Origin: Candidatus Kuenenia stuttgartensis
GTDB lineage: Bacteria > Planctomycetota > Brocadiia > Brocadiales > Brocadiaceae
Reading direction: 5' to 3'
Assembly (NCBI RefSeq): GCF_900232105.1
Contig: NZ_LT934425.1
Location: 1,530,001-1,562,000 of the forward strand
Length of the DNA: 32,000 nt
Shown here: one piece after another, positions 1 to 8,538 of the stretch
How positions within the stretch are numbered: the stretch's first letter is position 1
Layout of the letters: every line of letters begins with the position of its first letter
Program-made: the position numbers and the translations under genes
The notes under the pieces: model-generated
Databases searched by the model: none
Seen by the model: only the letters and a program-made list of their open reading frames with translations
Told to the model about the DNA's origin: nothing

Positions 1-22
1 TAAAACAAAGGAAATACGAAGA

Positions 23-721
23 ATGAGAAATAAGATTAAAATATCCGCTTCAATACTGGCGGCAAATCCCATGCGCTTTGAAGAAGAAATCAAACGCATT
101 GAAGCGGCGGGAATCGATCTCATTCATATTGATGTTATGGACGGCCATTTTGTCCCCAATATTACCATAGGGCCTTTTATTGTTGCGGGGATAAGGCGGA
201 TAACAAATATACCATTAGATATACATTTAATGATCGAACATCCGGAACGTTATGTGGAAGCATTTGCCGGGGCGGCGGAAGGCAATGGAATAATTACATT
301 TCATATTGAGACGGTAAAAAACCCCAAAGAGATTATTTCTCTGATCAAAAGTACGGGGATGAAAGTTGGTATATCGTTAAATCCGGGTACGCCCGTAGAA
401 ATGATAGAAAATTTTCTGGATCAGGTAGATATGGCGCTCGTCATGTCGGTAAATCCAGGTTTTGCTGGCCAGAAATTTATTCCAATTGCCTTGCCTAAGA
501 TTGCAAGGCTCCGCGATAAAGCGCCGGATAAAATGGATATTCAGGTAGATGGAGGAATTACACCAGACAATATTTCCCAGGTAGTAAAACAAGGGGCAAA
601 TGTAATCGTAGCCGCTTCTGCTATTTTTAAAACGAGTGACCCTGGCAATGCGATTAAATCCCTGAAACAAATTGCCGAACAAACCATGGAAAAAGATGCT
701 GTTAATCTTGTTAACAGATAA
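23..721 (+). CDS. rpe: Ribulose-phosphate 3-epimerase
   Basis: ORF of 232 aa with family motifs ISASILAANP, HIDVMDGHFVPNITIGP, MSVNPGFAGQKFIP, QVDGGI. Confidence 0.97.
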   Translation: MRNKIKISASILAANPMRFEEEIKRIEAAGIDLIHIDVMDGHFVPNITIGPFIVAGIRRITNIPLDIHLMIEHPERYVEAFAGAAEGNGIITFHIETVKNPKEIISLIKSTGMKVGISLNPGTPVEMIENFLDQVDMALVMSVNPGFAGQKFIPIALPKIARLRDKAPDKMDIQVDGGITPDNISQVVKQGANVIVAASAIFKTSDPGNAIKSLKQIAEQTMEKDAVNLVNR

Positions 722-827
722 ATTCCTTTTTATTGTCCAAAGAAGTTGTTTCCTGGAAATATATAAAAATAGCTTGTTTTTTGGTTAAAAAGTTTTAAAC
801 TATCTCTTGTTTTGTTGACGGTTTTTG

Positions 828-952
828 TAACTATTCAGCGTAAACGATACACGGCTCATTCCCAAACCTTGTACTGAACATAGTGAAGTATCTGTTTGGA
901 AACGAGTTGCGCTCTGATCTCCGGTAGTTTAATAAATTACGCTGAATAGTTA
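828..952. repeat. Small palindrome-ended element (MITE/REP-like)
   Basis: 16-bp perfect inverted repeat TAACTATTCAGCGTAA (828-843) / TTACGCTGAATAGTTA (937-952). It encloses a weaker inner inverted repeat CTCATTCCCAAAC / GTTTGGAAACGAG. Confidence 0.6.
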
Positions 953-1089
953 TTAGTTTTTCTGTATTTCACAATAGTATATATGGGATATTTTGCACGG
1001 GAAAACGTTGCATAAGTGGTCAAAAACAATGTTTGCCAATGATGGAGCGAATATCCCTTTTGTTAATTTAATGGGGGCATGGCAATTCA

Positions 1090-1908
1090 ATGGTGTTCTT
1101 TAGAAAAAAGAAAGATATGCCAAACGGCTTATGGATAAGCTGCGACTGGTGCAAAAATTTGGTATATAGGAAAACCGTTGAAGAAAGCTTCCAGGTTTGT
1201 CCCGAGTGTGATTACCATTTTCGCATTTTTAGCAGGGACAGATTAAAATTGCTGCTTGATGAAGACAGTTTCGAAGAGTATTGGACTGATATGAAGCCCA
1301 CCAATCCTTTGAATTTTTTTGACCGCATGTCATACCCAGAAAGGGTTACTGCCGACCAGCTTAAATCCGGACTGAAAGAGGCCGCTATAGTTGGAAAAGG
1401 AAAGGTGAATGGCGCTGACATCATGATAGGGATTACCGATCCCAGCTTCATAATGGGAAGTATGGGTTCTGTGGTTGGGGAGAAGATTGTCCGCATAACA
1501 GAAAAGGCTATGGATCAAAAATTCCCTTTGGTGATTATTTCTGGTTCAGGCGGAGGAGCTCGCATGCAGGAGGGTATTTTTTCTCTTATGCAAATGGCAA
1601 AAACGAGCGCCGCCATAGCAAGGTTTCAACGGGCGGGCGGGCTATACATATCGGTATTAACCGATCCTTCACTGGGTGGAGTAATGGCAAGTTTTGCTTC
1701 ATTGGCAGATATTACTATTGCCGAACCAAAGGCGCTGATTGGTTTTGCAGGTCCCAGAGTAATTCAGGAAACAATAAAACGAACACTTCCTGGTAATTTT
1801 CAGCGGGCGGAATTTTTGCTTGAGCATGGTTTTCTTGATATGATTGTACATCGTAAAAACATGAAGCATGAAATTTCAAGGTTGATTCAATATTTGCATG
1901 TTAATTAA
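1090..1908 (+). CDS. accD: Acetyl-CoA carboxylase carboxyltransferase subunit beta
   Basis: 272 aa; N-terminal Cx2C...Cx2C zinc finger (CDWCKNL...CPECDYHF), SGSGGGARMQEG, DPSLGGVMASFA, GFAGPRVIQETI. Confidence 0.95.
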   Translation: MVFFRKKKDMPNGLWISCDWCKNLVYRKTVEESFQVCPECDYHFRIFSRDRLKLLLDEDSFEEYWTDMKPTNPLNFFDRMSYPERVTADQLKSGLKEAAIVGKGKVNGADIMIGITDPSFIMGSMGSVVGEKIVRITEKAMDQKFPLVIISGSGGGARMQEGIFSLMQMAKTSAAIARFQRAGGLYISVLTDPSLGGVMASFASLADITIAEPKALIGFAGPRVIQETIKRTLPGNFQRAEFLLEHGFLDMIVHRKNMKHEISRLIQYLHVN

Positions 1909-1917
1909 TAAAAATCT

Positions 1918-1992
1918 TCCTCGGTAGCTCAATGGTAGAGTGGGTGGCTGTTAACCACTAGGTTGTAGGTTCGAATCCTACCCGAGGAGCCA
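1918..1992 (+). tRNA. tRNA-Asn (anticodon GTT), 3' CCA encoded
   Basis: Acceptor TCCTCGG pairs with CCGAGGA, D-arm AGCTCAATGGTAGAG, anticodon loop CTGTTAA, T-arm GTAGGTTCGAATCCTAC, terminal CCA. Confidence 0.95.
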
Positions 1993-2003
1993 ATCTTAAT
2001 TAT

Positions 2004-2038
2004 AGGCAGAACTCCAATTACTGAGGTTCTGCCTTTTT
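2004..2038 (+). terminator. Rho-independent terminator downstream of tRNA-Asn
   Basis: Perfect 9-bp stem AGGCAGAAC (2004-2012) / GTTCTGCCT (2026-2034) followed by a T-run. Confidence 0.8.
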
Positions 2039-2230
2039 CATTAGATACGTTGCAAAGCTACGGCGAAACGTATGAGTTGCAACACGTTTACAAATTTTTG
2101 CATCCTGTACCGCCCTTTTTATCGCAACCTGCACACGCATTTCATGAAAATGATACCGCCGTATCTCCTTTGTATCCGGAACGGTGGTGGATTTTTCGCC
2201 AGGAAAAACCACCGCCAGACCAATTCTTTC
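2018..2230 (-). pseudogene. C-terminal fragment of integron-type tyrosine recombinase
   Basis: EIRRYHFHEMRVQVAIKRAVQDAKICKRVATHTFRRSFATYL matches the integron-integrase C-terminal signature (RRYHLHE...A..RAV..A.I.K....HTFRHSFATHL). It is truncated after the RRSF box, lacks the tyrosine, and shows a likely frameshift upstream (WRWFFLA in another frame). Confidence 0.75.
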
Positions 2231-2336
2231 GCGCAGTTTTTATATTTTTTTTCAATGGAATCAAACATAAAAGCGCCACCACAGCCTGAATCCAGTTTTT
2301 TTGATGAAGATTTTTTACCCGTTCAGATATAATATC

Positions 2337-2396
2337 GTGACACTTCCCCTATTAATACGGCCGAGGCATAATCCAAAATTCAGGAAGTGTCCCTCA
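2337..2396. repeat. REP-like repeat copy 1
   Basis: GACACTTCC (2339-2347) / GGAAGTGTC (2383-2391) perfect 9-bp inverted ends around GGCCGAGGCATAATCC; diverged second copy at 3515-3576. Confidence 0.6.
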
Positions 2397-2488
2397 TATC
2401 ATACGATTTTTTGTTGCTTTTATTAAAATTAGGAATTCTTTTTCTATACTTTTACCATGAAATTTTGAGAGGATACGAAGAGAGGATA

Positions 2489-2956
2489 ATGATTATTTCA
2501 AGACATCATAACAATAGTGATGAGAAAAATCACATTTCTCCGAGTCACTTTTTTTTAAACGACAAGGAGAAAACAAAAATTAACTGGTTTCTGTTTGAGT
2601 TCGCGCAGGGATTTGGTCATTTCCTTGCGAAAGAGAAACGATTAACGGAGAAGTTATATCAAAAGGGAATAGATAATCTCCGGTTAAAAAATTTCTGCAT
2701 TTATTACGCAAAACACCTTAAGAAGGTTATTCTTGATAAACTGGAAGGGCGGATCGCCAATGTCAGATTGGGACACGAGGCAATTGAGGAATTTTTTCCT
2801 GCTATCGGAGATAGACTTGTAGATAAGTTATTGACGATTGCTGCCAAAGCATGGGATTCGCTAACAGAAGCATGTGTGGTATGTCCGATGCGGTGCATAT
2901 CAGAAAGGAATGAACGGGCATCAATGTTTGATGATCCATATTATTACAGAGAATAG
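2489..2956 (+). CDS. Hypothetical protein with C-terminal CxxCPxRC motif
   Basis: Track ORF is 2387-2956 (GTG start inside the repeat). ATG at 2489 is preceded by GAGAGG. C-terminus ACVVCPMRCISERNERASMFDDPYY. Confidence 0.6.
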   Translation: MIISRHHNNSDEKNHISPSHFFLNDKEKTKINWFLFEFAQGFGHFLAKEKRLTEKLYQKGIDNLRLKNFCIYYAKHLKKVILDKLEGRIANVRLGHEAIEEFFPAIGDRLVDKLLTIAAKAWDSLTEACVVCPMRCISERNERASMFDDPYYYRE

Positions 2957-3057
2957 CTTTGGCTAGAACGGCAAAAAGCGCCGCCGTTGATTTTGGTAGT
3001 TAGGCTTAGAAATAGTCGTATTCATTTATAATTTGTAGTCACAGCCAAGGAGGTTCA

Positions 3058-3477
3058 ATGTTTAACAAGAAAATGTTCGGCGAAATGAGAAGAGCAGGTA
3101 TGGGTACTGGACTATCTAAAGCCAAACTGTCCGAAGCTATGTTGGAAATTCTCTTACAACTTCCTGCGGGAACTAAGAACTTCAAAGAGACCATAGTCTA
3201 CAATATGGGATTGTTGGGCCAAATGTCTGCTACACGCGATATCAATGAAGCATGGAATCAAGTGAAAAAGAGGGCGGCAAAACTCTACCCGGAAAAATTC
3301 ATTCTAGCTGACCGAAATAAACTTCACTGGAATGATGGTTCTGTAAAGGTATTGGACAAAGAAATCTCTACAGGAAATTTCAAAAAGCTTAATAAATTGG
3401 CTGACATCGAGAATTGCAGCGTCGATAAACTTATATCTAAACTTATAAAATACTATGAAAAAGGAAATCTAAAATAA
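3058..3477 (+). CDS. Hypothetical protein, 139 aa
   Basis: Full ORF preceded by CAAGGAGG; no family recognised. Confidence 0.5.
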   Translation: MFNKKMFGEMRRAGMGTGLSKAKLSEAMLEILLQLPAGTKNFKETIVYNMGLLGQMSATRDINEAWNQVKKRAAKLYPEKFILADRNKLHWNDGSVKVLDKEISTGNFKKLNKLADIENCSVDKLISKLIKYYEKGNLK

Positions 3478-3514
3478 TCTTTAATGCCTGACGACTATTC
3501 ATTGGAATAATAAA

Positions 3515-3576
3515 GCGACATTCCCCCCTATTGATGCAGCCGAGGCATAATCTAAAATCAGGGAAGTATCCCTCAA
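3515..3576. repeat. REP-like repeat copy 2
   Basis: Aligns to copy 1 through CCTATTgATgCaGCCGAGGCATAATCtAAAATCAGGGAAGTaTCCCTCA. Confidence 0.6.
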
Positions 3577-3604
3577 TTTCCTTAAAAACCCAACCCAATT
3601 TATT

Positions 3605-3840
3605 TTACCTGCCATCAATACCCTTTACTCCCAAAAACAAACCCTGCCGAAAATCCTCCAATATCCGCGTCTCCTCTCCGGAATAATCTTGAACCATTTC
3701 CTTATATTCCCTGTTTTTTGTTTTCCGGGAATTTAATAAAAAACACCTATATCCTCAACCGGCCAGGAGATAGTTTCCCATAAACATATACTGTGTGGCT
3801 ACTCCATTGGTAATCTATCAATCGTCTTGAAATACCTCTG
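3605..3840 (-). pseudogene. Remnant of REP-associated tyrosine transposase (RAYT)
   Basis: Minus-strand conceptual translation with stops/frame changes: YQWSSHTVY...FPENKKQGIYKEMVQDYSGEETRILEDFRQGLFLGVKGI, resembling the Y.WSSY, YR.FVEEG and L..V.GQ..LGSE.F pattern of RAYT C-termini. Confidence 0.45.
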
Positions 3841-4009
3841 AGCGTATAATTTTCTAAAAATTGAATTTGAACAAGGTGCTACAATCCCTTGTTCAATGCA
3901 CATGCGATTTTTTTATGTTTCGAAAATCTAATTGTGTTTTGCTTCAGACGGAAATGGAATTTCTCTTATTGAAATAAGCTATACATAAACTATTTCAAAG
4001 GAGGGAAAA

Positions 4010-4324
4010 ATGAAAGAAGTAAGTATGAGAAAAAGGTATCTACCGGAGAAACGAGTGGAGATAATGAAGCAACATTTACTTGAAAAGAAAACACTCTCGG
4101 ATGTGTGTGACGCTAATGGTATTCATCCAACCATGTACTATCGTTGGCTGAAGGAATTGCTGTCAAATGCCGTATACGCCTTTGGAAAAGGGAAGGACGG
4201 GGAGTGCCAGGAATGGAAGAAAAAGGCATTGGAACTGGAGAAGAAGCTTGCCCGCAAAAACGAGGTATTGTCAGAACTGATGGAGGAACACGTTGCGCTA
4301 AAAAAAAGTCTTGGGGCAAACTAA
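4010..4324 (+). CDS. IS3-family transposase OrfA
   Basis: HTH-type OrfA (VEIMKQHLLEKKTLSDVCDANGIHPTMYYRWLKELL) with coiled-coil end. A8 G slippery run (4310-4317) before the stop is typical of the OrfA/OrfB -1 frameshift. Confidence 0.8.
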   Translation: MKEVSMRKRYLPEKRVEIMKQHLLEKKTLSDVCDANGIHPTMYYRWLKELLSNAVYAFGKGKDGECQEWKKKALELEKKLARKNEVLSELMEEHVALKKSLGAN

Positions 4325-5097
4325 AAGGCATTTGGGTAGCCCATGATACAAGGGATATCGTAGTTGATTTTGTCAATAGGTGGTCTGGAAAGGCGGAAAT
4401 ACCGGTGTGCCAATTGATCAGATGGATTGGTATCTCCCAATCTAAGTTTAATGAATGGAGAACTCGTTACGGCAAAGTAAATGAGCACAATGCGTGGATA
4501 CCGCGTGATACGTGGCTTGAAGAGTGGGAAAAGGAGGCGATCCTTGCCTATTATGAAGAGTATCCTCTTGAAGGTTATCGTAGACTGACCTTTATGATGC
4601 TGGATGCTAACATTGTGGCAGTAAGCCCGTCAAGCGTGTACCGGGTGTTGGTGAATGCCGGTGTAATGCGGGAATGGAACAGGAAGCCATCCAAAAAAGG
4701 AACTGGGTTTGTGCAGCCTTTAATACCGTATGAACACTGGCATATAGACGTGTCGTACCTGAATATTGGCGGCACATTTTATTATCTCTGCGCAGTTTTA
4801 GACGGCTATAGCAGGCAAATAGTCCATTGGGAAATTCGGGAAACAATGAAGGAAACGGAGGTGGAAATCATCAAAGCAGGAAAGTATTCGTCCCTATTGC
4901 CCAGTAAACCTGCAAGACGCCCGACGAATTGTGGAGGAATTTGTCGCGCATTACAACACGAAACGATTACATAGCGCAATAGGTTATATCGCTCCGCAGG
5001 ACAAATTGCTTGGACGTGAAAAAGAAATCTTTTCCGAACGAGACTGTAAATTAAGTGAAGCAAGGGAACGACGGTCGGCTAAACGGAAAATCGCTTG
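4318..5097 (+). pseudogene. IS3-family OrfB with internal deletion/frameshift
   Basis: Frame 4144-4974 encodes HIDVSYLNIGGTFYYLCAVLDGYSRQIVHWEIRETMKETEVEII. The C-terminal part continues in another frame as ESIRPYCPVNLQDARRIVEEFVAHYNTKRLHSAIGYIAPQDKLLGREKEIF. The intervening region with the second Asp is missing. Confidence 0.8.
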
Positions 5098-5127
5098 ACA
5101 GAAAGGAGGCGAAGAAATAGTATCTTG

Positions 5128-5238
5128 CCGTTCGGTAAAACAGAGGTAGGCTCTGCTGGGGAGCAACCTGCCAAGGGATAGCCGAACGGGGGACGACGGA
5201 TCGTCTTTTCCGAGAGAGGAGGCAAATCGCTCCTCTCT
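5128..5238. other. Intergenic region with several inverted repeats (possible structured tail/terminators)
   Basis: CCGTTCGG (5128-5135) / CCGAACGG (5182-5189); GACGA-CGGA-TCGTC followed by TTTT; AGAGAGGAG (5213-5221) / CTCCTCTCT (5230-5238). Confidence 0.4.
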
Positions 5239-5379
5239 CACTCACAATCAAAGAATGACGAACCAGAGTTCCTCTTATGCCTAAAATAAACCCTGGGATC
5301 TGAGGCAAAGCTCCAGCTTTAGTAGCTTATTTTAAATTTGAAAATTCCAATTCACGGTGAACCAACACAAAAATGTCAC

Positions 5380-5706
5380 GAATTTGTTTATACCGTTACT
5401 TTGAATGAGCGCCAAAAAATCCTTGAAGAATTTGCAATTGGGAATATACAAGTTATTGTTGCCGTAAAATGTTTGGACGAAGGCGTAGATGTGCCCGCAA
5501 CAAAAATTGCATTCTTTTTAGCAAGTACAAGTAATCCGAAGGAGTTTATACAAAGACGTGGACGCATCCTTCGTTTGTCAACTGGCAAAAGCAAATCAAT
5601 AATATATGATTTTATTGTAGTCCCAAGACTTGAATATATTTCGTTGAAAAGAGATGTTGATGCAAGTCTATTACGACGGGAAATGCCTCGTTTTGCTGAA
5701 AATTAG
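5380..5706 (+). pseudogene. C-terminal fragment of SF2 (DEAD/DEAH) helicase, restriction-type
   Basis: TLNERQKILEEFAIGNIQVIVAVKCLDEGVDVPATKIAFFLASTSNPKEFIQRRGRILRLS: helicase motifs IV-VI (QRRGR). N-terminal motor half absent; homology starts abruptly. Confidence 0.75.
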
Positions 5707-5720
5707 AAATTACATCATTT

Positions 5721-6584
5721 ATGAATTTTAAACATTTGGTAGGAAAATCAACTCTCAAAGAGGGGATAACAATACATAAAAACTATGAATCTTTCTTTGA
5801 AAGCCCTAAAGTTGGCGACAAAAAGGAGATTACTCTCATATTTGGGGATAGTCAGAATACCAGAGTTGCTTTAAGGAAGCTAAATAACATTCGACAACAC
5901 GTCCAGATAAAATATACAACAAAATCTCATGTTCAATTTATAAATTGGTTAAATGATATTTTTAAAGCTACGAAATTCGGTAGAGTTGGAGAGTTTTTGG
6001 AATTTAAGAAAATATCTTCCGATGTTTATAAATTAATTCCAATTACAATACAAGATTCGCACAACACAAGATTATATATAGCAGATTCAATGCATTACAA
6101 ATCATTGGATATTGTTGATAAAGATTTATATTTAGGTGAGATTGAATCAATAGTAAATAGTATTAAATTTCAAATAGATGAAGGGCAGTCTTATTACAAC
6201 AAAAAGTTAGAACAGGCATTTATTGAGTATAGCTGGCAAAAAGAAGGTAGAGCCATACCTGAATTAGATTTAAAATATGACTTTAGAAAAAATGGTATTC
6301 AGATCGAAGTTGAGTTTGGGAATGCAAGGTCATATTATCAGGATTACATCAAATTCATGCTTTCTTATTGTTCAAGGCAGATACATTTGGGAATGTTAAT
6401 AACACCAACATTTGATTTTGCAAACATCCTTTGTGAAATAGGAAAGCAAAAAGCATTACTTCGGGGAAGGAAATCTTATTCAGGTATGATGCATTACGAA
6501 AAAGCTTATAAAGAGTTTACTTATCTTAAAAATATTTTTGATATGCCCATTGTTATTCTTGGGATAGATATAAATTATCTTTAA
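5721..6584 (+). CDS. Putative BglII/BstYI-like PD-(D/E)XK restriction endonuclease
   Basis: 287 aa; IPELDLKYDFRKNGIQIEVEFGNARSYYQDYIKFMLSY resembles the D..(x)n..E-x-(E/Q)-FGN...YYD..KF core of BglII/BstYI-type enzymes. Confidence 0.6.
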   Translation: MNFKHLVGKSTLKEGITIHKNYESFFESPKVGDKKEITLIFGDSQNTRVALRKLNNIRQHVQIKYTTKSHVQFINWLNDIFKATKFGRVGEFLEFKKISSDVYKLIPITIQDSHNTRLYIADSMHYKSLDIVDKDLYLGEIESIVNSIKFQIDEGQSYYNKKLEQAFIEYSWQKEGRAIPELDLKYDFRKNGIQIEVEFGNARSYYQDYIKFMLSYCSRQIHLGMLITPTFDFANILCEIGKQKALLRGRKSYSGMMHYEKAYKEFTYLKNIFDMPIVILGIDINYL

Positions 6585-6716
6585 AAAGTATAGAATATAA
6601 AATTACTATAAGAATTATTCAATTTTATATTAGTAGAGTTGAATCCACAGAAAATGTTGTGTTGATGGTTTGGCGTAATGGCAACACTTCTTTGGAATGA
6701 TATATAGTCAAACAAA

Positions 6717-7754
6717 TCAGATTTTCGAAATTTGCTCGCCAATAATTTGAAAATTTTCAGTTAAAAGAGTAGACAATTCATCTGTATACTCGTTAATATT
6801 TTTGAAAAAACTTAAACATTTGTTTTTAAACTTCTCATAAGTATCATAATACTTGTTATACAATATTTTTTTGCGAAAGAATTTCCATAATCTTTCAATG
6901 AGATTTAAATTGGGCGAATAGGAAGGGAGAAATTTGATCTTTATTCTCGAATTTGCAAGGTATTCTTTGACCAACTTAGACCTGTAATATTTAGCATTAT
7001 CAGAGATTATGTAAATAGTACCGGCTTGAGCATACCTTGACTCTATTTCATGGAAAAGCTTTATTGTTGATTGAGCATTGATGCTTTCATCTTCCCGGAT
7101 TGTTACTTCAAAGGTTTCTATGTCAATAGCACCGTTTAAATTTATTCTTTTCCTGCCGGTATTAGAGGGTATTTCCTTCTTTTTGCCTTTCTCTATCCAG
7201 CAATATGCAGACGTAGAATTGTGCTGTGGATGAACTCCATCCATAAAAAGTATCTTATCTCCAGGGGCTTTCTCTTCTTTGAGTTGTTTGTAGTTTTCGA
7301 TAAATTCTTTTTGTTTTTCAGGGTTTGCTTTGCCTGGAACTATTGTAGTTTTCTTGTAAGTAAAGCCTAATCTATCGAGGGTATGTACCATTCCTTCGGG
7401 TGTATAGATTTTATTGAATGTCTGTTTTACATATTCAACAATTTCTTTTGCCGCACTATAGTTGTTTTTCCTGATATGATCTTTTAATTGTTCTTCTTGT
7501 TCGCAGGTGAGTTTTGGCACACAGCCAATATAATTGTCAGATAAAAGCCCGTCAAAACCTTTATCTTTGTATAGTTTTTCGTAATTCCTGATTGTTTGAT
7601 CGTCTAACAAGAGCGCCTCTGCTACTTTTTCATAACTCCATCCTGAATCAAGAAGAAGTATAGCTTTGATTCGGTCGGCATGACGTCTATGAGGCTCTTT
7701 CTTATGTGCTTTTTTAAATTCTATTCGGGTTTTTTCACTGAGAAATGGATTCAT
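6717..7754 (-). mobile_element. IS630-family transposase (full-length ORF)
   Basis: 345 aa with N-terminal HTH and DDE motifs LFMDGVHPQHNS, IYIISDNAKYYRS, LPSYSPNLNLIERLWKFFRK. Terminal repeats not identified. Confidence 0.9.
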
Positions 7755-7817
7755 GCAGAATTTAATACTCTAGAAACAATTCAAATGCAAGAAAAAAACA
7801 GGTTCTTCTAAAAATAA

Positions 7818-8538
7818 ATGCTTTTTACTATAGAAAAGGAAACAGGCGTTCGCGTTATTCGCGGGCTTCTTGATAAGCCTGGAATGTTAGATAAAGGAGA
7901 TAAACGCATAATTGATAATGTTATTCCCGATTATCAAATATTAAACGAAATCGAATATGACTATGACTATGGTTTAAAAGATGCCTATATAGGTTACGCA
8001 ACAAGGGGTTGTCCCAAAAAATGCCCTTTTTGTGCAGTCAATAAAATAGAACCGAATTATGTTCACTACTTACCTTTAAAAAAGCAAGTTTTAGGTATAG
8101 AGGAAATATATGGACAAAAACGTAATTTAGTCTTAATGGATAACAATATTCTTGCATCAACTAACTTTGAAAAAATAATTGATGAGATCATAGATTTAGG
8201 GTTTTATAAAGGGGCAAAATTTAATGGTAAGCTAAGGAAAGTTGATTTCAATCAAGGGACAGATGCTCATTATCTCACTTCTGGGAAAATGGACTTATTA
8301 GCAAAAACTGCTATACGGCCATTAAGAATCGCATTTGATTACATCTCTATGAAAGACCTTTATATATCCAAGATTAAGCTGGCAAGAGATTGTGGTATTT
8401 CAAACCTTTCAAATTATGTTCTTTACAATTATGTAGATGCTCCTGAAGATTTTTATCAGAGACTAAAGATAAATGTGCAACTTAACGAAGAGTTGGGCAC
8501 AAAAATATATTCTTTTCCAATGAAATATATTCCTTTAA
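7818..8538 (+). pseudogene. Radical SAM protein, 5' portion (interrupted by IS at 8539-10391)
   Basis: YIGYATRGCPKKCPFCAVNKIEP gives the CxxxCxxC cluster motif. In-frame continuation is recovered at 10398-10780 after conceptual excision. Confidence 0.85.

Noticed and set aside
2050-2332. Plus-strand ORFs of 79-86 aa over the integrase fragment
   Set aside because: They overlap the minus-strand recombinase signature and terminator and have no independent coding support.
6585-7817. Exact IS630 element ends
   Set aside because: No convincing TIR pair or TA duplication could be matched by eye around the transposase, so only the ORF is reported.
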